From an uncultured Anaerolineales bacterium (GTDB taxonomy: Bacteria; Chloroflexota; Anaerolineae; UBA2200): DNA of 40,143 nt. Made by a program: the position numbers and the translations under genes. The stretch is taken from NCBI GenBank assembly GCA_964478725.1, contig CAYZKS010000004.1:9031-49173 (forward strand). Reading direction: 5' to 3'. Shown one piece after another: positions 17,701 through 26,737 of the stretch (positions within the stretch are counted from its first letter, which is position 1; each line of letters starts with the position of its first letter). Below the pieces are notes generated by a model, which saw only the letters and a program-made list of their open reading frames with translations, was not told the origin of the DNA and searched no databases.

Positions 17701-19503
17701 TCCCGGGAGGCCCTGGCGTGGTGGATGGAGGGTGCCGGCAAGCCATTCAGACCAGGAATCAGGAAGATCCTTCAAGATCTGAACAGCATAGCGCAAGATG
17801 CGGCGATCTATCTGAGCAATCCGGACCGCGATGGGCAACGCAACGCCATGGTGAGCACCATCGACAGGCTCACCGGCATACAAGAGACCATCGACACTCA
17901 GCTTCTAGAATTCGAGAAGGGCCCGTTTACTCAAGTGGTCGAAGGCTGGCGCCGGCTAACCGAAGAGGCCATCAAGAACCTGCGTGGGCGCGCTCAATTG
18001 GCGGTCGATATCATTCGCGACGACATTGTGCTGGACAGCGGGTCCGTAACCGGCACGGTCGTGTTCAGCCTCACCAACACCGGCGCAAGCGCTGCGAGGA
18101 ACCTCACGGCCACCCTGAGACGTGGTAGCAAGGACGGATTCGAGGTGGTGGGCTCTGCCACTCAGCGCCTGGAGCCGCTGGGAACCGGCATGCAGAAGGA
18201 AGTAGAGTTCACCATCAGGCCCCTGGGTGTGACGCAGGCCACGTACGCGCTTGAGGTTTCCTACGATGATGATGAGGCTGAGAACCGCTTCTACCCCATC
18301 AGCGGCCAATTGCGGTTCCATTCCATCGACCGCGAATACCGCCCCATTCCATTCAGCCCATACAACTGGGGCCCTCCGGTCAAGACCCCGCACATGTTCT
18401 ACGGACGACAGGACGTATTTGCCTGGATCAACGAGAACATCGGCGGTCCTGAGCAGCCCAACATCTTGGTGCTGCATGGCGAACGCAGAATGGGCAAGAC
18501 CTCGATTCTGTACCAACTGCAGGCCAACCCGCCGACTCCGCAACACGTGCCGGTTCTCTTTAGCCTAGAACTTGCCGTGCCCAAGTCGATTGGGGACTTC
18601 CTCCTCGATCTGACCAACGCGATCCGCGAGAAGCTCATTAGGAGCGGGACTGAGGTGTCGAGGGCGGTCGAGTCGGACTTTATGAGCAACGCCCAGCGTG
18701 CCTTTCGCCACTACTACTACGAGGTAGTGGAACCCAGCCTGGGCGAGCGCAGGTTGCTGGTAATGGTGGACGAAATCGACATCCTACTCGACAAGGTGGA
18801 GTCGGGCGCCCTCAGCGAAGACACGCTCAAATTCCTGCGGGGATTGATGCAGCACAGTAGCAAGATCGCCTTTGTCTTCACAGGCGCCTACAAGTTGCGC
18901 GAGACGCTCAAGGACAACCACTCGATCCTATTCAACATCGCTCGAGCCTACGAGATCAGTTACCTTGGGCAGGTCGAGGCCGAGGCACTCATCACAGAGC
19001 CCGTCGCGCAATACCTCAACTACGACGATCTGACTGTACGCACCATAGTGGATGTCACTGCAGGTCATCCTTACTTCATACAGTACATTTGCGACTCGCT
19101 AGTCAAGCTCGCACGCAGGCTGAAGAAGAACTGGGTATTCAAACACGACGTGCAAGTTGTATTGCAGGATGTAGTCCAGGACAGCTCTGGCGTGTTGCAG
19201 AGCGCGATGTTCGCTCCTCTTAGCCGGTCGGAGCAAATCGTTCTGGCGGGCCTGGCAAATGTCACAGATGAGAACCGCGTCTATGTGTTGCCCGAGACTG
19301 TGGCTCAAAGACTTGAGCAGAGTAAGCTGAGTATACCCGGGAAGGACTTGCTGGAAGCACTGCGTTCGCTGCGTGAACGCGACTTGGTAGTAGAGCAAAA
19401 GTCCGGCCAAAGCCTCATGTACAGATTCAAGATGGGCCTGATCCGCATGTGGTTGTGCCAGAACGAGGTGCTCCTGCGCCTCAGTCAGGAGATGAAGGTT
19501 TGA
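14791..19503 (+). CDS. NACHT NTPase + HEAT repeats + Ig/CARDB-like domain + second STAND-like ATPase
   Basis: GESGAGKT, FLDG, NPWLL, LQEYLAA; repeated VRxxAAxALG / AVxPLI; LTNTGASAARN; FYGR, GERRMGKT, VDEID, GHPYFIQ; AAGGAG RBS before ATG 14791. Confidence 0.85.
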   Translation: MADSSFLHRLGARLAPEAYLNRYLDNVAKACDVVLLPGDDQPRSLESFYLPLHLRDMTPQTRGTPGGQNKTQDIWDALFRSPRLAIVGESGAGKTSTLKHATATLARKKMPEAYVRRLTFLHLGQAFASLLPIYADLSQADPGAEDLLTILAEELHAHGFPAASGFLRDRFSQGGCILFLDGINRLTSDATLGRIKDLLATYPRLLVVIATRTFRTLSTLPAFAGFECLPFTASNAVDWIGRRFDKDSHAAASLSQAIERNAGLRTLAENPWLLSILASVKAPAPSSILTLQALYEQCLRVLIAEGTDAASNSGQSSAGNQPRQRAVQQLGLYAHERHLEQFSEQEIRAAIRLLPRTPDALDEATLLAWITHSPLLRQNGGESFSFLRQALQEYLAAQTLVARGPIAEVVRNHAGDPWWHEVLVNVAALQGNAAEVIENLQPAPDQSPASLLLAARCAIEAPNTPPEVRQRLRVQLFPILQTEDSLHWRQAALCIAAFQGQRISEFFPRALREGSIQERQNAALAMGRVGSPDWATIPLLGALDVKFPEPVRRQAAWALGQLKDKRAVQPLMAVLRDNPDLAAEAATALSVIAEPAVPPLTAALSSSDTQVRQMAVKSLGKMGATALRPLLEIVQDEKRADQVIKGAAEALGLLGDAQAVPALAALLRSRRGKFAEPAANALAGIGVPAVQSLIEALPAQSAEVELRQSIISALVAISLPSVPALTQALDSPSTAVRTAAEDALKGIGAPANQALLQTLRGGDLNLRRRIAEILENTGDAALTEPLIGMLADRAQDSGVRVRAMHILAKIAPEQAVSPLIEAMQRDREEVVRREAVRTLMDIKSERAVGPLIDTLQDGALCDQATAALSTIGEPAVEPLILAVNEGRNSGLRQAAIKALSNIGAGGRIGEPTLAALARVYSRLLGEQHTPDALLALIENIRWWKHGEELYQAFNSAKVLAQAQDLDQVARSREALAWWMEGAGKPFRPGIRKILQDLNSIAQDAAIYLSNPDRDGQRNAMVSTIDRLTGIQETIDTQLLEFEKGPFTQVVEGWRRLTEEAIKNLRGRAQLAVDIIRDDIVLDSGSVTGTVVFSLTNTGASAARNLTATLRRGSKDGFEVVGSATQRLEPLGTGMQKEVEFTIRPLGVTQATYALEVSYDDDEAENRFYPISGQLRFHSIDREYRPIPFSPYNWGPPVKTPHMFYGRQDVFAWINENIGGPEQPNILVLHGERRMGKTSILYQLQANPPTPQHVPVLFSLELAVPKSIGDFLLDLTNAIREKLIRSGTEVSRAVESDFMSNAQRAFRHYYYEVVEPSLGERRLLVMVDEIDILLDKVESGALSEDTLKFLRGLMQHSSKIAFVFTGAYKLRETLKDNHSILFNIARAYEISYLGQVEAEALITEPVAQYLNYDDLTVRTIVDVTAGHPYFIQYICDSLVKLARRLKKNWVFKHDVQVVLQDVVQDSSGVLQSAMFAPLSRSEQIVLAGLANVTDENRVYVLPETVAQRLEQSKLSIPGKDLLEALRSLRERDLVVEQKSGQSLMYRFKMGLIRMWLCQNEVLLRLSQEMKV

Positions 19504-19622
19504 GTGCGGACAGCGCAAGCTCACCCGCGCATGCATTGAGGGTGGCGGGAGTTACCTACGACCCGGCTCCTTGCGCTTCGTGTTAAGCCGGGAGTCCTAC
19601 CTTAAGACCAGGAGATGACAAC

Positions 19623-20975
19623 GTGTCTACCAAGAGCGCTGTTGAGAATCCGTACTATTACGGTGGGCATCTGAGTGACCCGGCAGACTTCTACGGCCGC
19701 GAGGAGCAATTGCAGGACGTTCTGGAGCGCCTACACAAACGCGGTTCGACGTCGCTCGTGGGTGAACGGAAAAGCGGCAAGACGTCTTTGCTGTACTACA
19801 TGGTGACGGACACAGCGCATAGGCTGTACGGCGTGGGCAGCGAAGACCTGGTATTCGTGTATATGCACCCAGGACTGCAGATTGGTGGCCCTGCCGGTTT
19901 CTTTCGAGGTCTCCTGCAGAAGCTGGCGGAGCAAGTTCCCTCTGCGATCGTGGACATGCCAGAAGAAGCAGACGAGAAGGAAGTGGAGGCTGCGCTGAAG
20001 AGGCTTGCGCCGCGCCGCTTGGTCCTGCTGCTTGACGAGTTTCAGGACATTACCAGTCGCGGCGGCTTCTCTTCCGATTTCTTCCGGATCTTGCGTGGTC
20101 TTGCCGATACCTACGATGTGTGTTTCATCACCGCCACCGCAGAAGAGCTCCGTGATTGCTGTCCCGATGAGCTGGTCTCATCTCCCTTCATCAACATCTT
20201 TGCCACGGTCCGCCTAGGCTCGTGGACCGAAGGCGAATTCGATCAGTTCATGAGCGAGACCAGCAGGCGTTCTCGATCTCCCATGTTCGCCTGCAAAGAC
20301 GAGATTCAGAGGCTGGGCGGTCGTTTCCCTTTCTTCGTGCAGATGGCCTGCCACTTTTACTTTGATGCCTGGCGACGGCACAAAGAGCTGACCACACAGG
20401 GCCGAATCGCCGCGCAGCATTGCTTCACTGACGAAGCCATGCCCTACCTGGAAAGAGCTTGGGGAAGGCACCTGACGGCAGCGGAGAAGGCAACCCTCAT
20501 CTCCCTGGCGCATGACAGGGAGTGCACCGGTCAGCCTGCTCTGCGCACGCTGGAGCAGAAGGGATATGTCCTGGACGGGCACGTCTTCTCTTCGGCGCTG
20601 AACGACCTCATCCTGCGCAAGGAAAGTTCGGGCGAGAAGCTACTGCCAGAACTCTCGACCAGCCCGCAGGGGCCGGTTCCCAAGGGAATCTGGATGGACA
20701 GGACATCGGGCGATGTTTGGGTGGACGGGAAACGCATTCACGACCTGACCAGGCTGGAGTACAAGCTGCTGCGCTACTTGTACGAGAACGCCAACTGCCT
20801 GTGCGACAAATACGGTCTGGTCGAGGCAGTTTGGTCTTCAGACTATATCGACAAGGTGGATGACCCTCGCATCGCGAAACTGGTCAGCCGTCTGCGCGAG
20901 GACGTGGAACCCGATCCCAAGAACAGTCGCTATATCCTCACAGTGCATGGCCGAGGCTACAGGTTGGTGAGTTAG
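19623..20975 (+). CDS. STAND/AAA-like ATPase fused to OmpR/PhoB-type winged-helix DNA-binding domain
   Basis: NPY..G, FYGR, GERKSGKT, LLDEF, PFFVQ; C-terminal LTRLEYKLL..VSRLR..EPDP..ILTVHGRGYRL. Confidence 0.85.
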   Translation: MSTKSAVENPYYYGGHLSDPADFYGREEQLQDVLERLHKRGSTSLVGERKSGKTSLLYYMVTDTAHRLYGVGSEDLVFVYMHPGLQIGGPAGFFRGLLQKLAEQVPSAIVDMPEEADEKEVEAALKRLAPRRLVLLLDEFQDITSRGGFSSDFFRILRGLADTYDVCFITATAEELRDCCPDELVSSPFINIFATVRLGSWTEGEFDQFMSETSRRSRSPMFACKDEIQRLGGRFPFFVQMACHFYFDAWRRHKELTTQGRIAAQHCFTDEAMPYLERAWGRHLTAAEKATLISLAHDRECTGQPALRTLEQKGYVLDGHVFSSALNDLILRKESSGEKLLPELSTSPQGPVPKGIWMDRTSGDVWVDGKRIHDLTRLEYKLLRYLYENANCLCDKYGLVEAVWSSDYIDKVDDPRIAKLVSRLREDVEPDPKNSRYILTVHGRGYRLVS

Positions 20976-21586
20976 GCTCTCAGTTCCCTCAGCTGTCGCG
21001 CCAGCTGTGCAGCGGAGCGGAAAGTGATCGTCTGCATGCCCAACAGCCGGGCCGCTTCGATGTTGCGCTCTTTGTCGTCGACAAACAGGCACTGCGCCAT
21101 TTCAAGCCCAAGCCGTGCGGCGGTGATTCTGTAGATCTGCGGATCGGGCTTGCGCAAGCCCGCTCGCGCCGAATTCACAACGACATCAAACAGGCCGCTC
21201 AGGCCCTGCTTTGCAAGCAGAGACTCCAAGCCAAGGGTCGCGTTGCTCAACAAGGCCGTCCTGTAGCGCCTGTGCAACTGCCGGCCCACGATCACCATGC
21301 GCCGGTTTAGCCTTTCATAGGCAAAGGGATTAGACTTGAAGAGTTCAAGCTCAGGCGGAACTTGGCCACCCAGCGCGACACGGATCTGACACCAGTACTC
21401 TTCGGCACTGATACGGCCAGTAGAGTACGCGTACCAGTGCTCGCTCCCGAATAGCAGCTCGCTCAATGCACCCTTCGGAAGCCGCAATTCGCACTCACAA
21501 CGCCGTAACAGCGCTTCACGCGGTCCGACTCGCGTGAAGACGCCGCCAAAGTCCAGGATCACGCCAGACAACATCGCATTCGCCAT
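20972..21586 (-). CDS. HAD family phosphatase (YihX-like)
   Basis: ILDFGGV, LLSN, KPDPQIY, FVDD..N; start uncertain (21586 or 21574). Confidence 0.85.
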   Translation of the reverse strand: MANAMLSGVILDFGGVFTRVGPREALLRRCECELRLPKGALSELLFGSEHWYAYSTGRISAEEYWCQIRVALGGQVPPELELFKSNPFAYERLNRRMVIVGRQLHRRYRTALLSNATLGLESLLAKQGLSGLFDVVVNSARAGLRKPDPQIYRITAARLGLEMAQCLFVDDKERNIEAARLLGMQTITFRSAAQLARQLRELRA

Positions 21587-21648
21587 CCATTCCCTGCATC
21601 CGTGGCCAAGAGACTGACCTGTCTGCCGCACCATCGCGGCGCCTGATA

Positions 21649-21676
21649 ATGATAGGAGGCTTCCCGGGCTTGTCAA
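21649..21676 (-). promoter_or_regulatory. Putative promoter of the HAD gene
   Basis: TTGACA-16nt-TATCAT. Confidence 0.55.
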
Positions 21677-21757
21677 ACAGCGCGTGCATCCGCCGGAATC
21701 CAGAAGTGGTGCTTGCCTGGCTACGTTCGGACGAGGTCACTCGGGGATTTTCTTGCT

Positions 21758-21786
21758 TTGACAGAAGGTGCCTTGTCCTTTACAAT
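21758..21786 (+). promoter_or_regulatory. Promoter of the nnr operon
   Basis: TTGACA-17nt-TACAAT. Confidence 0.75.
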
Positions 21787-21845
21787 GACAAGCCCTGGAG
21801 CATCTATGAGCAGCTCAGGCTGCCCCACAGGAAGGAAATCCGATC

Positions 21846-23519
21846 GTGAAGCTCGTCACTGTGCAACAGATGCGCGCTTTGGAGCAAGCAGCAGACGCAC
21901 AGGGTCTCTCCTACGCTGTCATGATGGAGCACGCGGGTCAAGCGGTGGCTGACTGGCTGGCCGAGCGCGGTGTATCGCGCAAGCACGTTCTGGTGCTGGT
22001 TGGGCCAGGCAACAACGGGGGGGATGGCCTAGTCGCTGCCCACTACCTGCAGGAAGCCGGAGCCCAGGTATGCGTTTACGTCTGGAAGCGTGAGGTCTCT
22101 GGTGACCCCAACTGGCAACGCATCCAGACCGACGGCATTCCAGTGCTGTGGAATCATGAGGACCAGCGCCTCGGTGGCCTGCGACGTTCCGTGGGCCATG
22201 CTGACTATGTTCTCGATGCGCTTCTGGGAACAGGCGTGTCCAAGCCCATCGCCGGAGACCTGCAAGCGCTCTTGGCTGCAGTTAACAAGGCGTTGGAATC
22301 AAAGCGAAAGAGAACGGTTCGGACGCGCTATGAGCAATGTGGGCCTCCCGCGGACCAGCCGCGGGCTCGCTCACCCCTACTGGTTGCCGTAGACGTGCCG
22401 AGCGGCCTCAACTGTGACACTGGGGCCGTAGACCCGGCTACCTTGACGGCTGATGTCACGCTGACCTTCGGATTTCCGAAGGTGGGGCAGTTTCTATTCC
22501 CTGGGACGAGCAAAGTAGGTCAACTTGTGGTGGCTGACATCGGCATTCCTGGCAAGCTGGCCAGGCATGTATCCCTGGAGGTGACTACTCCAGGCGCCGT
22601 GCGCGATGTCTTGCCTGCGCGTCCCCTGGACGCGCACAAGGGATCCTTTGGCAAGCTCATGGTGGTCGGCGGTTCTGTGAACTACACTGGCGCCCCATAC
22701 CTGGCCGCTGCAGCAGCCATGCGCACGGGAGCCGGCCTGGTCACTCTGGGCATTGCAGAGCTGTTGCACGCGCCTCTGGCCGCCAAATTGACTGAGGCCA
22801 CCTTCCTGCTGCTGCCGCACCATATGGGCGCTCTGGTTCCCGAGGCCGTGTCCCTGCTGCACGAACGCCTGGATGACTATGAGGCACTGCTTCTGGGCCC
22901 GGGATTGGGCCGGGACCCACTAACGGCCAGGTTTGTGACGCGTGTGCTCGGCCTGCCGGCCAGTGAGGCGCATTCACGTCTCGGCTTCGTGGGCGCGACA
23001 GCTGAGTCCCAGGCGGTGGCAAGGCGCATGCCGCCCGTCGTGATTGACGCCGATGCCCTGAATGCGCTGGCGGACGCCCAGAGCTGGGAGTTGGCGCCAC
23101 AGATGCTTGCAGTGCTGACACCGCACCCGGGCGAGATGGCACGCTTGCTTCACATCTCGACAGCAGACGTGAATGCCGATCGCATCGGGGTGGCATGCCG
23201 TGCAGCGCAACAGTGGCGCGTCGTGGTCGTGCTCAAGGGAGCTCACACTGTCATCGCGGCCCCAGACGGCCGTGCGCGGGTGAATCCGTTTGCCACCCCT
23301 GCCCTGGCCACAGCCGGGACGGGTGACGTGCTGGCGGGCGTGATCGCAAGCCTCCTGGCGCAGGGCCTCGCGCCTTTTGACGCGGCGACGGCCGGAGCCT
23401 ACTTGCACGGCCTGGCCGGGCAGATGGTCGCCGACGAAATTGGTGCTGCCGGTGCGGTGGCTGGCGACTTGCTGGAGAGGTTGCCTGTCTGTCTGCGACG
23501 TTTGGCCAGCGGATCATGA
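21846..23519 (+). CDS. nnr: Bifunctional NAD(P)HX epimerase/dehydratase
   Basis: GPGNNGGDG, DALLGTG, DVPSG, HKGSFG, TPHPGEM, AGTGDVLAG. Confidence 0.93.
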   Translation: MKLVTVQQMRALEQAADAQGLSYAVMMEHAGQAVADWLAERGVSRKHVLVLVGPGNNGGDGLVAAHYLQEAGAQVCVYVWKREVSGDPNWQRIQTDGIPVLWNHEDQRLGGLRRSVGHADYVLDALLGTGVSKPIAGDLQALLAAVNKALESKRKRTVRTRYEQCGPPADQPRARSPLLVAVDVPSGLNCDTGAVDPATLTADVTLTFGFPKVGQFLFPGTSKVGQLVVADIGIPGKLARHVSLEVTTPGAVRDVLPARPLDAHKGSFGKLMVVGGSVNYTGAPYLAAAAAMRTGAGLVTLGIAELLHAPLAAKLTEATFLLLPHHMGALVPEAVSLLHERLDDYEALLLGPGLGRDPLTARFVTRVLGLPASEAHSRLGFVGATAESQAVARRMPPVVIDADALNALADAQSWELAPQMLAVLTPHPGEMARLLHISTADVNADRIGVACRAAQQWRVVVVLKGAHTVIAAPDGRARVNPFATPALATAGTGDVLAGVIASLLAQGLAPFDAATAGAYLHGLAGQMVADEIGAAGAVAGDLLERLPVCLRRLASGS

Positions 23520-23616
23520 TCGGGACAACACTGCTACAAGGGGGTGGCGCGCATCTGATGACGCCGGCCGTGGCAATTCTCGGGCACATTCGCCAACGCG
23601 GGGTGGCAGGACATAC

Positions 23617-23856
23617 ATGCCCATAGAGCTGTACATAGACGACATCGTGCGATTGCGCAAGGTGCATCCCTGTGGAAGCTACGAATGGCGCATCGTGCGA
23701 CTGGGCGCGGACATTGGCCTGAAATGCCAGGGTTGTGGGCGCCGCATTCTGCTGCCGCGCAGCGTGCTCGAGCGCCGGCTCAAGGCTTTCGTTGCGCGCG
23801 GCAGTGCATCTGCCCCTGTTCGCGAACCACTGTCCCAGGACGATAGCCCTGCATGA
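23617..23856 (+). CDS. DUF951 family protein
   Basis: DIVRLRKVHPCG..W...RLGADIGLKC..C. Confidence 0.88.
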   Translation: MPIELYIDDIVRLRKVHPCGSYEWRIVRLGADIGLKCQGCGRRILLPRSVLERRLKAFVARGSASAPVREPLSQDDSPA

Positions 23857-25163
23857 ACACCTGCCCAGAGCCAAACTCTTCGGCACAGAACGGCATTTCG
23901 GGCATCTTCCGGTACCGCAACTTCCGCTTGCTCTGCATTTCGCAAATTTTCGGTCAGTCTGCTCAGTATGCCATCCTGTTCGTGCAGACCCTGATGGTGG
24001 AGGGGCTAACGCGCTCCAGTGGACTGACCGGCATCATGGTGGTGATGTACTACCTGCCAGCCATTCTCTTCGGCTTGCTGTCGGGCATCGTGATTGACCG
24101 CTACCGGAAGAAGAGCATCCTGCTGTTCTGTAACATTAGCCGCACGTTCGTTGTGGCTGCCTTTGTCTTCTTTCACCGTTACACGACAGGTGCTGGATTC
24201 CTGACCGCGGTCTACGCCCTGAGCTTCATCCTCTCCACCATCGGACAGCTCTCAGATCCGGCCGAGGCGGCCACGGTGCCATTGCTGCTCCCTGCCGACC
24301 AGCTCCTGACCGCCAACTCGCTCTTCCACCTCCTCTTCAACGTAGCCCAGGTGATCGGTCTGCTGTTCATGGCGCCTGTCTCTGTGAAGCTTGGGGGCGT
24401 AGATGGGGGTTTTGTCGTGATTGCGTTAGCCTATCTGATCACATCGGTCCTGATCTGGTTCGTGTCCGTGAACGAACCACGGCGGGAACGACAAACCGAT
24501 CTCAATATCCTGCCCCAGCTCTGGCAGGAGCTCAAAGAGGGCTGGAGCTTCATCGCCGGCAGCCACTCGGTCTTCGTAGCGATCTCCCAGCACGCCTTGG
24601 TCACGATGCTCACCATGATCTTGGCCACACTGACACCGGGCTTCACCGCACGCGTCCTGCACATGCCACCTGCAGATGCCGTCTACATCCTTTTCTCTGT
24701 GGCGGTAGGCATGGTGGGCGTGACGGTCTGGACCAGTCGGGCCGGGCACCGTTTCCCGCGCGAGTCGTTGGTGGGAGTCGGTTTCCTGACCACCACGGTT
24801 TCATTCTTGGGCTTTGCTTTCATCTCCTGGAGTGGCGAAAACGCCAGTGGCATGGCAGCTGCGCCCCCCGCCCTGGTGACCCTGCAGGTGATTCTCATGG
24901 CCCTGTTGCTGGGCATAGGCATGACCCTGGCCGTCATCCCCGCGCAGACGATTGTGCAAGAACGCACGCCTCATGCCGTCCGGGGGCGTGTCATGGCCGC
25001 GCAGTTCATCTTCATCAACCTGGTTGGGCTGATCCCCATGTTAGTCATCAGCAACTTGGCCGACCTGGTTGGCATCCCCAAAGTCATGTCAGGATTGGCA
25101 GTGCTGACGCTGATCAGTTCGCTGCTCAGCTTTCGTCTGCGCCGAACTCTACAAGGCGTTTAG
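23853..25163 (+). CDS. MFS transporter
   Basis: About 12 TM segments, GIVIDRYRKK motif A, QERTP..RGRV. Confidence 0.88.
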   Translation: MNTCPEPNSSAQNGISGIFRYRNFRLLCISQIFGQSAQYAILFVQTLMVEGLTRSSGLTGIMVVMYYLPAILFGLLSGIVIDRYRKKSILLFCNISRTFVVAAFVFFHRYTTGAGFLTAVYALSFILSTIGQLSDPAEAATVPLLLPADQLLTANSLFHLLFNVAQVIGLLFMAPVSVKLGGVDGGFVVIALAYLITSVLIWFVSVNEPRRERQTDLNILPQLWQELKEGWSFIAGSHSVFVAISQHALVTMLTMILATLTPGFTARVLHMPPADAVYILFSVAVGMVGVTVWTSRAGHRFPRESLVGVGFLTTTVSFLGFAFISWSGENASGMAAAPPALVTLQVILMALLLGIGMTLAVIPAQTIVQERTPHAVRGRVMAAQFIFINLVGLIPMLVISNLADLVGIPKVMSGLAVLTLISSLLSFRLRRTLQGV

Positions 25164-25166
25164 GCC

Positions 25167-26534
25167 ATGTGGTCCCTGGATGACACCATCGCGGCCGTAT
25201 CCACGCCCATGGGCGAGGGCGGTATTGGTATCGTCCGCCTGAGCGGATCTCAGGCGCTTGCCATCCTACAGAAGGTCTTCAGGCCAGCTTCCAGGGGAGC
25301 ATCCACCCTGGAATCGCATCGCTTCTACTACGGGCATGTGGTGGATCCGGAAAGCACTGACCCAGTAGACGAAGTGCTGGCCGTGTGGATGGGCGCTCCG
25401 CGCACCTATACGCGCCAGGATGTCGTCGAAATCCATTGCCACGGTGGAATCGTTCCCTTGCGTCAGACTCTTGAGCTGCTCTTGCGCAGCGGAGCACGCC
25501 TGGCGCAACCGGGCGAGTTCACGCTACGGGCATTCCTGAATGGGCGCGTGGACCTAGCTCAGGCAGAGGCAGTGCTGGACATCGTGCGGGCCAAGACGGA
25601 GGTCAGCCTGCGAGTAGCCCTTGAGCAACTGGACGGACGCATCTCTGCCCAGGTCAGAGCAATCCGCTCCACACTCGTGGCGTTGCTCGCACATCTGGAA
25701 GCTTCGCTGGACTTCCCTGAGGACGAGATCCCGTCGCTCGACGTGTCCACGGCCCTGACACAGGCCCACACGCGGCTCGCGGCGTTGTTGTCCCAGGCCG
25801 GCCAGGGCCAAATCTACCGGCAGGGCGTACGCACGGCAATCGTCGGTCGCCCCAACGTGGGCAAGTCCAGCTTGCTGAACGCCCTGCTCGGAAGGGACCG
25901 GGCGATTGTCTCCCCCACTCCCGGCACTACGCGCGACACGGTCGAAGAAAGCCTGAACTTGCGTGGCGTTCCGCTTTGCCTGGTAGACACGGCCGGGATC
26001 AAGGCCAGCGCCGACCCCATTGAGGTATTGGGAATCCAGCGTAGCCACCAGGCTCTGACGCAGGCCGACCTGGTGCTACTGGTGTTGGATGGAAGTGAGG
26101 CTTTGCAGCAGGAAGATCTCGAGATTGCCGGCCTGCTGGGGAACCATACCGTCATTGTGACCGTCAACAAGATGGACCTGCCACGTGTCGCTGACGCGGA
26201 CAGCGTCTTGCCCAACGCCAGGCATATCCAAACATGCGCACTGACCGGAGCAGGCCTGCCCGACCTCGAAAACGCAATAGTTGAGTGCGTTTTCTCCGGG
26301 CAGGTGCAGACGTCCGATGCACCACTCGTCAGCAATCCCAGGCATTGCCAAGCCCTGCGCCGCGCACTGGACAGCGTCACTCTGGCTCAGAACGCCTGGC
26401 AGGAGCGCAGCGAGCCAGAGCTGGTGGTCGTCGAGTTGAGGGCAGCGGCCAACGCGCTCGGCGAGATCACGGGGGAGAGCGCAGGCGAGGACGTGCTGGA
26501 GGCCATCTTCAGCAGCTTCTGCATCGGGAAGTGA
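25167..26534 (+). CDS. mnmE: tRNA modification GTPase MnmE
   Basis: DTIAA, GEFTLRAFLNG, GRPNVGKS, GTTRD, DTAG, NKMD, terminal FCIGK. Confidence 0.97.
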   Translation: MWSLDDTIAAVSTPMGEGGIGIVRLSGSQALAILQKVFRPASRGASTLESHRFYYGHVVDPESTDPVDEVLAVWMGAPRTYTRQDVVEIHCHGGIVPLRQTLELLLRSGARLAQPGEFTLRAFLNGRVDLAQAEAVLDIVRAKTEVSLRVALEQLDGRISAQVRAIRSTLVALLAHLEASLDFPEDEIPSLDVSTALTQAHTRLAALLSQAGQGQIYRQGVRTAIVGRPNVGKSSLLNALLGRDRAIVSPTPGTTRDTVEESLNLRGVPLCLVDTAGIKASADPIEVLGIQRSHQALTQADLVLLVLDGSEALQQEDLEIAGLLGNHTVIVTVNKMDLPRVADADSVLPNARHIQTCALTGAGLPDLENAIVECVFSGQVQTSDAPLVSNPRHCQALRRALDSVTLAQNAWQERSEPELVVVELRAAANALGEITGESAGEDVLEAIFSSFCIGK

Positions 26535-26675
26535 GGGCCAAGCGCAGTCTGCCAGTCGTTGACGAGACTGCGACGACAAGCCTTGGATCCAGGCGCTGTC
26601 TCGCAAAGCGCTGGCAGCCCACGACGGACCCAATCGCCGGCGCTGGCGCAGAGCCTGTCGGGCAGCAATGAGGGC

Positions 26676-26705
26676 TTGCCAGTATCCCACCGTTTCCGGT
26701 ATACT
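26676..26705 (+). promoter_or_regulatory. Putative promoter of the polysaccharide locus
   Basis: TTGCCA-18nt-TATACT. Confidence 0.55.
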
Positions 26706-26737
26706 CCCCTTGGGTCCAGCGGAGGCGCATCAACGTC

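Noticed and set aside
14791-20975. Assignment to a known Avs/bNACHT defence system
   Set aside because: No nuclease, TIR, SIR2 or other toxic effector domain is recognisable, so it is kept as an unassigned candidate.
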